A program made the translations under genes and the position numbers. A stretch of 46,177 bases of DNA from a virus (taxonomy: Duplodnaviria > Caudoviricetes): positions 1 through 46,177 of IMG/VR virus record IMGVR_UViG_3300037419_000912; one strand, written 5' to 3'. This document shows, piece by piece, positions 35,216 to 45,844 of this stretch. Each line of letters starts with the position of its first letter. Position 1 is the first letter of the stretch. Below the pieces are notes generated by a model. The model saw nothing but the letters and a program-made list of their open reading frames with translations. It made no database searches and was not told where the DNA came from.

Positions 35216-35571
35216 TCGGCAACCTACTGTCCCTCGCCATGGGCGTGGTTGGCGGCCAGCCCGTGACGCTGTCGCGGTTTACGGGCCGTGCCGAGAACGC
35301 CGCCGGCTACACCGTGCCGACCTACGCGGACCCGGTCGCCATCGCGGGCCACGTCCAACCCATCCCGCAACGCCTGTTCCAAGCCCTGGGGTTGGATTGG
35401 GCGAAAGAGTACGTCACCCTCTATACGCCGGCCGGCGTGGTCGTCGTGGGGCGCGACGAGTCGGGCGACAAAATCACGTATAACGGCGCGACCTATCTTT
35501 GCGAGTCGTCCACGGATTGGCTCGGGCAAGCTGGTTGGGTCGCCGTCGTTGCCGTCAAGGTGCCCGCATGA
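35212..35571 (+). CDS. Head-closure / collar protein
   Basis: Position in the neck cluster; VQP...GD.I...W...GW. Confidence 0.7.
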   Translation: MIGNLLSLAMGVVGGQPVTLSRFTGRAENAAGYTVPTYADPVAIAGHVQPIPQRLFQALGLDWAKEYVTLYTPAGVVVVGRDESGDKITYNGATYLCESSTDWLGQAGWVAVVAVKVPA

Positions 35572-36104
35572 CCGACAACCAACTGTTTACCCTCGTGCGC
35601 GGCATCCTCCTGGCGCAGCTCCCGACGCGCGGCCTCGACGGCTGGAAAGTCGCCCGCAAGTTCCAGCCGCTGCAAAACGGCGCCAACGCCGCGCCGACCG
35701 TTTACGTATTCAAGGTCGCGGACAAGCGCCACGGGAGCCCGCAACAGCGCGCCGGCTGGAACCCCGACACGCTCACCATGGACAAGGTCGAATCCCAGCA
35801 AATGGAAACGACCTTTCAAGCGTCCATTGAAATGGACGAGGGCACCGACGCGAACGCGTTAACGCCAAGCGATGCCGCAAACGAGGTTGCTGCTATCATG
35901 CAATCCGACGAGGCGTTGGCGGCGTTGCAGGCCCAGGGCGTTGGGATTCTTCGGATTGGGGCCGTCCTCAATCCGTATAACGTAAACGACCGGAACCGCT
36001 TTGATGCTAACCCGTCGTTTGACTTCGTGTTGACGTATCGGCGGGCGCGTACAGCAACCACGCCGCACGCCGTCAGCGTCGAGGGTTCCATTAACCGAGT
36101 TTGA
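35568..36104 (+). CDS. Tail terminator / neck protein
   Basis: Directly before the sheath gene; ETTFQ...GILR...PSFDF. Confidence 0.7.
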   Translation: MTDNQLFTLVRGILLAQLPTRGLDGWKVARKFQPLQNGANAAPTVYVFKVADKRHGSPQQRAGWNPDTLTMDKVESQQMETTFQASIEMDEGTDANALTPSDAANEVAAIMQSDEALAALQAQGVGILRIGAVLNPYNVNDRNRFDANPSFDFVLTYRRARTATTPHAVSVEGSINRV

Positions 36105-36121
36105 CGACAGGAGATTGCACC

Positions 36122-37630
36122 ATGATTCCGATGAAACGGTACGTTGACATTACCTCGGGCGTTGGCGGGGGCTCGGGCGTTCGCCTGCGCGACCTCATCT
36201 TGCGCCTGTTCACGAACAATGAACTCGTGCCCCCGGCAACGCAAGTCGAGTTCTCCGACGCCGACAGCGTGTTGGCCTACTTCGGCGCAGCGTCGGTCGA
36301 ATACCTGCGCGCGGCGTTCTACTTCGGATTCATTTCCAAGAACATCAGCAAGCCGAACAAAATCAGCTTCGCGCGCTGGTGCGACACGGCCGTAGCCCCC
36401 AAGGTTTGGGGCAACAAGACCGCCAAGGCCCTGGCGACGTTTACCGCCATCGCGAACGGTTCCGTCAAGCTGACCATGGGCGCCGTGACGAACGACGTTG
36501 CCGGTATCAACCTGACCGGCGCCGCGTCCCTGGCCGCCGTTGCCGCGACCATCCAAGCCGCCATCCGCGCGGCCGGCGGCGCGCAGTTCGTCGGCGCGAC
36601 CGTGTCGTATGACGCGACGACCAACCGTTTTAACCTCGCGGGAGGCGTGGCCCAGGCCGACGCCATGGCCGTGGCCGTGCCGGCGGCGGGAACCGACCTC
36701 GCGCCCCTCTTGGGCTGGACGGCGGCAAGCGGCGCCATCATCAACGCCGGCTCGGGCGTCGAGTCCGTCACGGCCGTCCTGTCGGCGTCTGCGGAGCTGT
36801 CCAACAACTTCGCGTCGTTCCTGTTTATTCCCACGCTCAACACGGCGCAAATCGCCGAGGCGGCGCTGTGGAACAAGACGCAGAACAACGCGTTCATGTA
36901 CCTGCCGCGCACCGACGCCGCGAACGCCGCGACCCTGTCGGCCGCGCTCATCGGCCTGGGCGGCGTGGGCTTGACGCTGTCGCCCATCCCGACCGAGTAC
37001 CCGGAACAACTGCCGGCCATGGTGCTGGCCGCGACCGACTACACCAAGCGCAACGCAACGCAGAACTTCATGTTCCAGCAAGCGAACTTGACGCCGTCGG
37101 TCCTGACGGCCGCGCTCGCGGACACGTATGACGCCCTGCGCGTCAACTACTACGGCGTCACGCAGACGGCGGGGCAGAACATCGCGTTCTACCAACGTGG
37201 GGTGTTGATGGGGCTGGCGACCGACCCCGTCGATATGAACGTTTACGCAAACGAACTGTGGCTGAAAGACGCCGCCGCCGCCGCAATCATGGCGCTCCTG
37301 CTGTCGCTGGGCAAGGTCAGTGCCAACGCGCAGGGCCGCTCGCAGCTCATCGCCGCCCTGACCGGCCCCGAGGTCATCGGCCGCGCCCGCGACAATGGCA
37401 CCATCAGCGTGGGCAAGGCCCTGAACACCACGCAGAAACTGTACGTCGGCCAGCTCACGGGGGATGACCTCGCATGGCTGCAAGTGCAGAACCTGGGCTA
37501 CTGGCTCGACTGCGTCATGCAACCCTACGTCACCACGGACGGGCGCACCGAGTACAAGGCGGTCTACACGCTCGTCTACAGCAAGGACGACACCGTCCGC
37601 AAGGTGACGGGCTCGCACGTCCTGATCTAA
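36122..37630 (+). CDS. Contractile tail sheath (DUF3383 type)
   Basis: [31 protein letters not shown]. Confidence 0.88.
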   Translation: MIPMKRYVDITSGVGGGSGVRLRDLILRLFTNNELVPPATQVEFSDADSVLAYFGAASVEYLRAAFYFGFISKNISKPNKISFARWCDTAVAPKVWGNKTAKALATFTAIANGSVKLTMGAVTNDVAGINLTGAASLAAVAATIQAAIRAAGGAQFVGATVSYDATTNRFNLAGGVAQADAMAVAVPAAGTDLAPLLGWTAASGAIINAGSGVESVTAVLSASAELSNNFASFLFIPTLNTAQIAEAALWNKTQNNAFMYLPRTDAANAATLSAALIGLGGVGLTLSPIPTEYPEQLPAMVLAATDYTKRNATQNFMFQQANLTPSVLTAALADTYDALRVNYYGVTQTAGQNIAFYQRGVLMGLATDPVDMNVYANELWLKDAAAAAIMALLLSLGKVSANAQGRSQLIAALTGPEVIGRARDNGTISVGKALNTTQKLYVGQLTGDDLAWLQVQNLGYWLDCVMQPYVTTDGRTEYKAVYTLVYSKDDTVRKVTGSHVLI

Positions 37631-37655
37631 CCCCGCAACCCCAGGAGAACCAACC

Positions 37656-38099
37656 ATGCAAGACATTTCCGGTTTCGGCGCGAAAGTCCAAGTCGTCGCG
37701 TCCAAGACGTTCCCGAGCGGGTTCCCGCTGTCGCAGTTCGCCGACGATACGGACCCGTTCGACACGCCGAGCGTGCAAATCGCCGACAAGGCGATGGGCC
37801 TCAATGGCGACCTCATCACTTGGAGCAAGGCGAACCCGCTCCCCGTGACCCTGGCCGTCATCCCCGGCAGCGACGACGACCGCAACTTGCAGGCCCTGTA
37901 CGACGCCAACCGCGTGGGCAAGGGCAAGACGAGCGCGCGGGACGTGATTACCGTCACCGTCACCTACCCCGACGGCAAGACGGCCACGTTCGGCCCCGGC
38001 GCAATCACGGACGGCCCAGCGGCAACCGGCATCGCCAGCGCCGGCCGCAAGAAAACGTCGGCCTACCAATTCGCGTTCGAAAACGTCGCCCGCACGTAA
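37656..38099 (+). CDS. Tail tube protein
   Basis: Follows the sheath; [15 protein letters not shown]. Confidence 0.8.
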   Translation: MQDISGFGAKVQVVASKTFPSGFPLSQFADDTDPFDTPSVQIADKAMGLNGDLITWSKANPLPVTLAVIPGSDDDRNLQALYDANRVGKGKTSARDVITVTVTYPDGKTATFGPGAITDGPAATGIASAGRKKTSAYQFAFENVART

Positions 38100-38157
38100 T
38101 ACGGGTTCAACCATCGCCGGGGGTCGCGCGCCCCCGGCGTCAACCGGAGCGCATGCC

Positions 38158-38589
38158 ATGTTGCAGCCCAAGGAATTGCGCGTTACGACCCAGGCCGGGG
38201 ACGAACGCGTTTACGTTCTTTCGAAGTTCCCCGCCATCGCGGGCCGCGAGATTGTCGCGAAGTACCCGCTTTCGGCAATGCCCAAGCTGGGCGACTACGC
38301 CGTCAACGAGGAAACCATGCTCAAGCTCATGGCCTACGTTGGCGTCCCGCAGGACGGCGACCGCCCGCCGCTGCGTCTGACGACGCGCGCCCTCATCGAC
38401 AACCATATTCCCGATTGGGAAACGCTGGCGCGCGTGGAAGTCGCGATGATGGAGTACAACGTAAGTTTTTTCGGGAACGGGAAAGCCTCAAGTTTCTTGG
38501 AAACTATCGCGCAGAAAGCCCAACAGTTGCTTTCCCAAACGTTGACGGACTTATCGGGGCAATCCTCGCAGAAAAAGCCGCGACGCTAA
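38158..38589 (+). CDS. Tail assembly chaperone (gpG-like)
   Basis: Between tube and tape-measure genes; T TTT TTC slippery heptamer at 38466-38472. Confidence 0.75.
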   Translation: MLQPKELRVTTQAGDERVYVLSKFPAIAGREIVAKYPLSAMPKLGDYAVNEETMLKLMAYVGVPQDGDRPPLRLTTRALIDNHIPDWETLARVEVAMMEYNVSFFGNGKASSFLETIAQKAQQLLSQTLTDLSGQSSQKKPRR

Positions 38590-38708
38590 AGGAACTGCGG
38601 GAGGAATACACCCTAGAGGATGCTCTAGACCTGTGGGAAGTTATCGCGACGACGCGGTATAACGAACACCTAGCAATTGAACACGCAAAGAAACAGGCCG
38701 GCAAATGA
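38466..38708 (+). CDS. -1 frameshift extension of the tail chaperone (gpGT-like)
   Basis: The -1 frame stays open from the slippery site to 38708 (ATLKELREEYTLEDALDLWEVI) and couples to the tape-measure start. Confidence 0.6.
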   Translation, partial: FFRERESLKFLGNYRAESPTVAFPNVDGLIGAILAEKAATLKELREEYTLEDALDLWEVIATTRYNEHLAIEHAKKQAGK

Positions 38709-40378
38709 GCATCCTCGACACGTTCTTTATCCTCTTCGAATCGGACACGTCCAAGCTCGACAAAGGCTTGGGCGAGTCGGAGAAAAAGGCGGGCTCGTTT
38801 CTCGACAAGCTGCGCGGAGTTGATAAAGAGGCGAGCAAGACCGGCGCCAGCTTCGCAGGCATGGTCGGCAAGCTCGCAGGCGTGGCCGGCGTGGCGTTGT
38901 CGATTGGTGCCCTCGTGTCGGGCGTCAAGGCCACGGCGGCGCAGTACGCGGCCCTAGAACGCCTCGCCTTGCAGTTCCGCGACACGGTCGAGGCCGTAGA
39001 CGAGTTCCGCGACGCCTCGGGCCTCCTGGGCATCAGCGAGGAAAAGTCCACTGAATCCCTGCACTCCCTCAACACGGCGATTCAAGACACGGTGTTGGGG
39101 ATGGGTCGCGCGAAAAAGGTATTCGAAGAGTTGGGAATTGAGGTCAAGAACTCGGACGGCACCATCAAAGGCACGACCCAGGTAATGGGCGAGCTGGCGG
39201 AAAAGTTCAAGACCATGGACAAGGGCACGCAAATTCGCGTCATGGAACGCCTGGGCCTCGACCCCGCGTTGCTCAAGCTGTTTAACTCCGACCTCGGCGC
39301 GCTGCAAAAGCGCATGGCCGACGTTGACCGCGCGGCCGGCTTCAATCTGACGACCGCCGTAAAACGCGCGAGCGAATACACCAAGGCGAGCAAAGAGCTA
39401 AACGTAGAACTCAAGACGATTCAGCTCTACCTTTCCAAGCTGAGCGAGGCATTCAAAATCGCCGCGCTCCCGTGGTTTACGGCCGCCGTGCAAAAGGCGA
39501 CGGGCTATGTCCGCGAGTTCCTTGGTTTCCTCATGAAGCATTCGCATTTTGTCGAAGGGCTCATGATCGCCGTTGGCGCGGCCATTTCTTATTACCTCAT
39601 CCCCGCCGCCATCAATGGCGCAATTGCCGTGTGGGCGATGATCGCGCCGTTTGCGCTCATCGCGCTTGCTGCCGCTGCCGCTGCCGCCGTGTTCGCGCTG
39701 CTGTATGACGACATTACCAATTTTCTGGAGGGTAACGACTCCCTCATAGGCGACCTCGTCAACAAGTACCCGGCCGTCGCCGACGCAGCGCGCATGATCG
39801 GCGCCGCGCTTAAAGCCGTGTGGGACGTGGCAACGGGCCTCGTGTCGTTCCTAGTCGAGTGCTGGACCGACCCGCTCGCGGCCTGGGACGACTTTCAACG
39901 TTCGGTCATGGACGGATTGAACGCGCTGTTCGAAGCGTTCCCCGAGCTGAAAGAGGCGTTCGACCTCATCGCGTCCGGCTTCCAAACGGCGGGCCAAGCC
40001 GTGGCCGACGTGTGGGGCGCCATCGTTGCGGCCGTCAAGCTCGCACTAGGCATCCTGACGGCCGGTATCGACGCCGTAGCGGGCGTCGTGGGCAAGGTAA
40101 AGGGGGCGCTAGGCATCGGGGGCACTCCGACCGCCCAGGCCGCCGCGCAGGGGCAAGGGATGCTCGGCGCCGCCGCGTCCTCGCCCCTGACCTCGACCAC
40201 GTCGAACGCCATCAGCAACACGACCAAGACCGGCGGCGACCGGAGCGTCAAGGTCGAAAAGGTCGAGGTTCACACGCAGGCCACGGACGCGCAGGGCATC
40301 AGCCGCAGCATTGGGCAGTCCCTGGGCTCACAATTGCGGCAGGCGTCTAGCCAATTTGACGACGGAGTCGCAGCGTAA
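38705..40378 (+). CDS. Tape measure protein
   Basis: Ala-rich helical protein with a hydrophobic stretch and W/F periodicity; position. Confidence 0.85.
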   Translation: MSILDTFFILFESDTSKLDKGLGESEKKAGSFLDKLRGVDKEASKTGASFAGMVGKLAGVAGVALSIGALVSGVKATAAQYAALERLALQFRDTVEAVDEFRDASGLLGISEEKSTESLHSLNTAIQDTVLGMGRAKKVFEELGIEVKNSDGTIKGTTQVMGELAEKFKTMDKGTQIRVMERLGLDPALLKLFNSDLGALQKRMADVDRAAGFNLTTAVKRASEYTKASKELNVELKTIQLYLSKLSEAFKIAALPWFTAAVQKATGYVREFLGFLMKHSHFVEGLMIAVGAAISYYLIPAAINGAIAVWAMIAPFALIALAAAAAAAVFALLYDDITNFLEGNDSLIGDLVNKYPAVADAARMIGAALKAVWDVATGLVSFLVECWTDPLAAWDDFQRSVMDGLNALFEAFPELKEAFDLIASGFQTAGQAVADVWGAIVAAVKLALGILTAGIDAVAGVVGKVKGALGIGGTPTAQAAAQGQGMLGAAASSPLTSTTSNAISNTTKTGGDRSVKVEKVEVHTQATDAQGISRSIGQSLGSQLRQASSQFDDGVAA

Positions 40379-40875
40379 TGGCAACCGATGTTGTTTGCGT
40401 CCTCGACGCCACCTTGGCCCAGGTGTTCCAAGCGGCGCGGCCGATAAAAGCCACGGTCAAAGAGGAATCCAAGGCCATGGAACACCCCCTAGAAACGGGG
40501 GCGACTATCACCGACCATCGGGTAATACTGCCGGTCGAAATTGAGTTGTCCATGGTTCTCACGGCCGAGGACTACCGGGGCACGTACCGGCAAATCCGCG
40601 ACCTGTTCGCCAAGGGAGAATTGCTCACCGTACAGACGCGGACGGACAGCTACCGCAACATGACCATTACGGCCATGCCGCACGAGGAAACGGCGGACGC
40701 GTATGACGCAATCAACCTCGGACTTACGCTGAAAGAGGTTCTGTACGTCGCGGCGCAGTTCTCCGACTTGCAGGTTTCGAAACCGGCCGACTCGCGCACC
40801 GTGCAGCGTGGCGAGCAACAGCCCCAGGCCACGACCAAAAAGCAATCGTCCATTCTTTCGGGGCTGTTCCGATGA
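40378..40875 (+). CDS. Baseplate / tail tube initiator protein
   Basis: MEHPLETGATITDH, LLTVQT...Y.NM. Confidence 0.75.
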   Translation: MATDVVCVLDATLAQVFQAARPIKATVKEESKAMEHPLETGATITDHRVILPVEIELSMVLTAEDYRGTYRQIRDLFAKGELLTVQTRTDSYRNMTITAMPHEETADAYDAINLGLTLKEVLYVAAQFSDLQVSKPADSRTVQRGEQQPQATTKKQSSILSGLFR

Positions 40876-41186
40876 TCGAAATTGCATTGCAGTCCGTGCC
40901 GAACCAAGCGTTTAGCGTGACGCTCGACGGCTCGCGCTACCTGTTCACCCTGAAAGAGTCGAACGGCATCATGTGCGCCGACGTGACGCGCGACGACGTC
41001 GAGCTGTTGCGCGGCCATCGCATCGTCGCGGGCGCCCCGTTGTTGCCGTATCGCTCCGTGCAAGGTGGGTTCGGTAATTTCGTTCTCCTGACCGAGAACG
41101 ACGAGCTACCGTATTACACGTCGTTTGGGGGCACGCAACAACTCGTCTACCTGTCGGCCGCCGAAATTGCCGCGCTCAAGGGGTAG
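40872..41186 (+). CDS. Small baseplate protein
   Basis: I.L..VPNQ.F.V.L; position. Confidence 0.7.
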   Translation: MIEIALQSVPNQAFSVTLDGSRYLFTLKESNGIMCADVTRDDVELLRGHRIVAGAPLLPYRSVQGGFGNFVLLTENDELPYYTSFGGTQQLVYLSAAEIAALKG

Positions 41187-41188
41187 CC

Positions 41189-42010
41189 ATGGCCGAGCTA
41201 GACCCGCGCATCATCCGGGTTGGACTTGAGGTTGCCGGCCGACTGCAAACGTATGACGGGCTCGCCGTCACCGTGACCGGCACCAAGTACGCCAACGCCA
41301 ACGAGAACGACTGCGAAGTCAAAATTACGAACCTCGCGCGAGCGACGCGCGACTACCTCGTCACTGAGGCGTCCCCGTTCAACAAGAGCAAGACGCGCAA
41401 GCGGCTGATTGTCGAGGCGGGCCGCGTGTCCACGGGCATTGCAACCGTGTTCGTCGGCGACATTACCTGCGCGGCCGTGAGCCAACCGCCGGACGTGGTC
41501 GTCACCCTCAAGGCCGCGACGGGCAGTTTCGACAAGGGCAACGTAATACAGCGGTCGCAACCTGGGCTCTGCACGCTCAGCCAGATTGCCAAGACCGTTG
41601 CCAACGACCTGGGGCTGTCGCTCAACTTCCAATGCAAGGACAAGCAAATCGCGAACTACGCGTTCACGGGCGGCGCGCTGCGGCAGGTTGACCAACTCGG
41701 CGCGGCCGGCGGGGTGAGCGCGTATGTCGATGACGGCGCGCTCATCGTCAAGAACTACGGCGAGCCGTTGCGCGGGTCTACGCGCGTCGTCAACCTTGAA
41801 ACCGGGATGATCGGGATTCCCGAGTTTACGGAGCGCGGCATTAAAGTAAAAATGTTATACGACAATCAAACCAAGCTCGGGACCGGGCTGATTGTCCGTA
41901 GCGACCTCAACCCGGCGGCGAACGGAAATTACACCGTCTACAAACTCGGCTTCGAACTCGCCAGCCGAGACACCCCGTTTTACCTCATCGCGGAGGCGCA
42001 ACGCGTATAA
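41189..42010 (+). CDS. Baseplate hub protein
   Basis: I.NL, EAG, TGMIGIPE; precedes the spike gene. Confidence 0.75.
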   Translation: MAELDPRIIRVGLEVAGRLQTYDGLAVTVTGTKYANANENDCEVKITNLARATRDYLVTEASPFNKSKTRKRLIVEAGRVSTGIATVFVGDITCAAVSQPPDVVVTLKAATGSFDKGNVIQRSQPGLCTLSQIAKTVANDLGLSLNFQCKDKQIANYAFTGGALRQVDQLGAAGGVSAYVDDGALIVKNYGEPLRGSTRVVNLETGMIGIPEFTERGIKVKMLYDNQTKLGTGLIVRSDLNPAANGNYTVYKLGFELASRDTPFYLIAEAQRV

Positions 42011-42012
42011 CG

Positions 42013-42735
42013 ATGGCCGAACATGCCAACCCCTCATCGGACCCGGCGGACGACGACAGCCTAGCGGGCACGTTGCGCGCTGCGTTCCGCAAGTTTCTGC
42101 AACAGACGGACGATTGCCTACCGGCGCGCGTCGTGTCGTTCGACCGGGACACGAACCGCGCAACCGTCGTGCCCTGCGTAACGGTCCTGACGACCGACGG
42201 CCGCGCCGTGAACCGCGCCCAGGTCGCGAGCGTGCCCGTCCTGCAAATCGGCGGCGGCGGCGTGGTCTTGAATTTCAACCTCAAGCCGGGCGACCTGGGC
42301 TACATCAAAGCCAATGACCGCGACGTGTCCCTGTTCTTGCAGGGGTACAACACGAGCCCGCCCAATACCCTGCGGCTGCACTCGTTTCAAGACGCCGTGT
42401 TTATCCCCGACGTTATGCGGGGCTGGACGATTGCCGGCGAGGACGCGGAGAACGCCGTATTACAGACGCTGGACGGCAATGCACGCGTGTCCGTCGGTGA
42501 CTCGTGGGTGAAACTCACGTTCGGCGCCCACACGTTCACGCTTGACGCCGCCGGAATCAAAGCCATTGCCGGCGCCAACAGCTTGGCGGTAACGCCCACA
42601 GGGACTACCATTGTCGGACCCGTTACGATGACGGGGGCGGTCACGAACACGGGCGGAATTACCATTGACGGAATCGCGTTCGGTTCGCACGTTCACCCCG
42701 ACCCGCAGGGTTCGACCACAGGAGGGCCGCAGTAA
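42013..42735 (+). CDS. Central spike (gpV/gp138-like)
   Basis: LPARVVSFD OB-fold region, beta repeats, C-terminal HxH (HVHP) metal-binding tip. Confidence 0.85.
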   Translation: MAEHANPSSDPADDDSLAGTLRAAFRKFLQQTDDCLPARVVSFDRDTNRATVVPCVTVLTTDGRAVNRAQVASVPVLQIGGGGVVLNFNLKPGDLGYIKANDRDVSLFLQGYNTSPPNTLRLHSFQDAVFIPDVMRGWTIAGEDAENAVLQTLDGNARVSVGDSWVKLTFGAHTFTLDAAGIKAIAGANSLAVTPTGTTIVGPVTMTGAVTNTGGITIDGIAFGSHVHPDPQGSTTGGPQ

Positions 42736-43082
42736 TGTCCTTGATGCTCGCCGTAAACGCGAATAACGACCTCTACTTGGCGTCGGACGGGAACTTGGCG
42801 CGTAGCGCGGACCTCGCCGCCATCGTGCAGGCCGCCGAGCATGCCGCGAAAACGCAGCTCGGGGAAATGATCTATGCGACCGACCAGGGCGTACCGAACT
42901 TCGATACGGTATGGAACGGCGCGGCCAAGGTTTCGCAGTTCGACGCGTTTTTGCGTCGCGCCCTCCTGGCCGTGGATGGCGTGCAGCAAATCCAACAGCT
43001 CGACATTTCGACAGCCGGCAACGAACTGTCGTACCGTGTCGTCATACAAACCATTTTCGGAACGGCGGTCTTGAATGGCTGA
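42735..43082 (+). CDS. Baseplate wedge subunit (gp25/gp46-like)
   Basis: DLYL..DGNLA, GE......GVP.F, V.GV, TIFG. Confidence 0.75.
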   Translation: MSLMLAVNANNDLYLASDGNLARSADLAAIVQAAEHAAKTQLGEMIYATDQGVPNFDTVWNGAAKVSQFDAFLRRALLAVDGVQQIQQLDISTAGNELSYRVVIQTIFGTAVLNG

Positions 43083-44268
43083 TTACAACTACATCACGAG
43101 TACGGGCGTCATCGTGCCCGACACGGCCGACGTGCAAGCCGAGGTCGAACAGGAGTACCGCGACGCCCTGGGCCAATCGCTCATCGTGACGCCGAACACC
43201 CCGCAAGGCGTCCTCATCGCCGCCGAGGTTACGGCGCGCATGAGCGTATTACGCAATAACGCGTCGCTCGCGAACCAAATCAACCCCGACATTGCCGGCG
43301 GCGTGTTCTTGGATGCGCTGTGGCGGCTGACCGGCGGCGAGCGCCGCGAGGCGACGCGTTCGGTCCTGTCGGCCGTGGCCCTCACGGGGCAACCTGGGAC
43401 GCTCATCCCGGCCGGGAGTACCGCCCTCACGACCGGCGGGCAGCGGTTCGCCACGGCGACCGACGTTACCTTGGGCGTCGGCGGAACGGCCGTCGTGGAC
43501 TTCGTCGCCGAGAACTACGGCCCCGTCCCCGCGCCGTCCGGCTCGCTCACGTCGATTGAGTCGGCCGTCCTCGGATGGGAAACGGTCAACAACGGGACCG
43601 CCGCCGTCCTCGGCCGCAACCGCGAAACCGACGCGGAAAGCCGGCGCCGCCGTCGCGATACGCTGGCCCTGCAAGGCGTCGCGTTGCCCGAGGCCATCAT
43701 TTCGGCCCTGTACGCGACAGAGGGCGTGCAGAGCTTGCAGTTCCGCGAGAACGTCACCGATGCGGCGGCGGTCATCGACGGCGTAAACCTCGTCAAGCAC
43801 AGCATTTACGTTTGCGTCAATGGCGGGACCGATGCAGACGTAGCGGCAACCCTCCTGGCGAAAAAGTCCCTCGGCTGCAACTGGAACGGCGCAGTAACCG
43901 TCGGCGTCGTGGACCCCGTCAGCGGGCAGACGTATAACGTCAAGTTCGACCGTCCGACTCCGGTTCCGGTTCTCGCCCGCGTGACGGTTCGCGCGGGAGG
44001 CGTGGCCGACCCGGTCGGCGCCGTGCAAGACGCCCTCGTGTCCTACGTGAACGGCAACCTCCAAGGCGAAGCCGGGTTTGTTGTCGGTGGCGCCGTGTCC
44101 CCCTTCGAACTGGCCGGCGCCGTCAACCGCGAAACCCCCGGCCTCTACGTGCAGAAACTGGAGGTCGCGCCGGCAAGCTCGGGCGTGTGGCAAACCACGG
44201 AGCTGGCCGTAGCCATCAACGAGATTGCCACGCTTGACGCGGGCGGCGTTACGGTCATCGTGCTATGA
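43075..44268 (+). CDS. Baseplate J / gp47-like protein
   Basis: G.FLDAL, GTLIPAG, GRNRETDAE.R.R. Confidence 0.88.
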   Translation: MADYNYITSTGVIVPDTADVQAEVEQEYRDALGQSLIVTPNTPQGVLIAAEVTARMSVLRNNASLANQINPDIAGGVFLDALWRLTGGERREATRSVLSAVALTGQPGTLIPAGSTALTTGGQRFATATDVTLGVGGTAVVDFVAENYGPVPAPSGSLTSIESAVLGWETVNNGTAAVLGRNRETDAESRRRRRDTLALQGVALPEAIISALYATEGVQSLQFRENVTDAAAVIDGVNLVKHSIYVCVNGGTDADVAATLLAKKSLGCNWNGAVTVGVVDPVSGQTYNVKFDRPTPVPVLARVTVRAGGVADPVGAVQDALVSYVNGNLQGEAGFVVGGAVSPFELAGAVNRETPGLYVQKLEVAPASSGVWQTTELAVAINEIATLDAGGVTVIVL

Positions 44269-44846
44269 GTACGCAAGCCTTTGACCTGTCGGCCGACCTC
44301 CTGCAAACGCTGCTATGGCAGTACAACGAGGCGTCGGCCCTGCAAACCCTCGTGCGTCGTAAACAGGCGTGGCTCGACGCGGTCCAAGAGCAATTTTGGT
44401 CCGATTGGATTAGCGACGTTTTCGACTTGACGACGGCAAACGAGTTCGGCTTGTCCGTGTGGGCGGCCATCCTCGACGTGCCCCTAGTCGTCGTGCCGGC
44501 CGCCCAGCTCGCGAAACCCTTTTTCGGGTTCGGCGCCGATAACGTCGGGTTCACGCAAGGCAACTTCGCGTCGTCGCAAATGCTCGCGTCGCTGACGCCC
44601 GAGCAACGGCGCCTCGTCCTGCGCCTGCGGTACTTCCAACTCGTGACGCGCGGCGCGGTCACTGAGGTAAACGCGTTTCTCGCCCAGGTGTTTGGCGAGG
44701 GCGTCGTTTACGTCGAGGAATTGGGGGATATGAAAATCCGGTACGTGTTCACGCAGAAACCAAGCTCTGCCGTAGAATTGGTTTTGACCGAGTTTGATGT
44801 TCTCCCCCGGCCGGCGGGCGTGAGCGCCGAGTACGTCACCCCGTAG
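44265..44846 (+). CDS. Baseplate protein (DUF2612 / gpI-like)
   Basis: LWQY, FDL.TA..FGL.VW, LPRPAGV. Confidence 0.82.
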   Translation: MSTQAFDLSADLLQTLLWQYNEASALQTLVRRKQAWLDAVQEQFWSDWISDVFDLTTANEFGLSVWAAILDVPLVVVPAAQLAKPFFGFGADNVGFTQGNFASSQMLASLTPEQRRLVLRLRYFQLVTRGAVTEVNAFLAQVFGEGVVYVEELGDMKIRYVFTQKPSSAVELVLTEFDVLPRPAGVSAEYVTP

Positions 44847-44860
44847 GAGCGTAATACACC

Positions 44861-45844
44861 ATGAGCGCAACGCAAAAATTCTTCCGCTTCGTGTTCGGCC
44901 AAACCGGCGACCGCGCCGCTGTGCCCGACACGACGCCCGTTGACGGCTCCGTCGGCTACCAACAGGGCTACGGGTTCGACTACCAACGCGCGCCGGGCGA
45001 CCCGCTCGTCAAGAACCTTGAACGCAGCAAGTGGAACCAACTGTTATACGACATTACGTTGGGCCTGCGGCAGTATCAAACGATGGGCTTTCCCGAGTTC
45101 ATCCAGCCTGCCGACAATGGCGGCTTCGCCTACGCATACGCCAAGAACGCGTGCGTTCGCTGGACTGACGGACAGGTCTACTTGTCCCTCGTTGACGCCA
45201 ACACGAGCGACCCGACCGACGCGACGAAATGGCAACTCGCGCTCCTGGGCGCAGGCGTGGGCGGCGTGCAGTTCTTCCCGGCCTCTGCCCCGCCAATGGG
45301 GTACATCAAAGCGAACGGCGCCGTCCTGTCGCGTGCGGCGTATCCGGTCCTGTGGGCCTACGCCCAGGCGTCGGGCAATCTGGCCGTGTCGGATGGCGCG
45401 TGGCAGTCGGGCCAGTTCTCGCCCGGTGACGGCGTAAACACTTTCCGCATTCCCGACGCTCGCGGCTACCATCCGCGCGCTTGGGACGATGGCCGAGGCA
45501 TCGACTCGGGCCGCGTGTTGGGGTCAGTGCAGTCCGACCAATTCCCGAGTCACGCGCACGGCGTAAACGACCCGTGGCACGCGCACGGGACGAGCGACCC
45601 CGGCCACTGGCACTACTACCAAAAGGGGCCGCATACGGTCGATGACCAACCGGGGACCATCCCTTACGGCAACTTCGGCGGCGGTACACCGGACGACCCC
45701 GGCTACCTCGCGCAGACGCGCGCCGTTGCAACCGGCGTGAGCGTCAACGCCGGCCCGACGGGCATCAGCATTGCCGCAGCCGGTACGGGGTCCGAGACTC
45801 GCGTAAAGACGGTCGCGTGGCTGGCCTGTATCAAGTACCTGTAA
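44861..45844 (+). CDS. Tail fibre with collar domain and HxH tip motifs
   Basis: PMGYIKANGAVLSRAAYPVLW, FRIPDARG, GSVQSDQ..SHAH, HAH, HWH, ETRVKTVA..ACIKY. Confidence 0.88.
   Translation: MSATQKFFRFVFGQTGDRAAVPDTTPVDGSVGYQQGYGFDYQRAPGDPLVKNLERSKWNQLLYDITLGLRQYQTMGFPEFIQPADNGGFAYAYAKNACVRWTDGQVYLSLVDANTSDPTDATKWQLALLGAGVGGVQFFPASAPPMGYIKANGAVLSRAAYPVLWAYAQASGNLAVSDGAWQSGQFSPGDGVNTFRIPDARGYHPRAWDDGRGIDSGRVLGSVQSDQFPSHAHGVNDPWHAHGTSDPGHWHYYQKGPHTVDDQPGTIPYGNFGGGTPDDPGYLAQTRAVATGVSVNAGPTGISIAAAGTGSETRVKTVAWLACIKYL

Noticed and set aside
38116-38140. Hairpin cgccggggg...cccccggcg as a terminator
   Set aside because: Strong stem but no T tract; may be a pause or stability element, so it is not called a terminator
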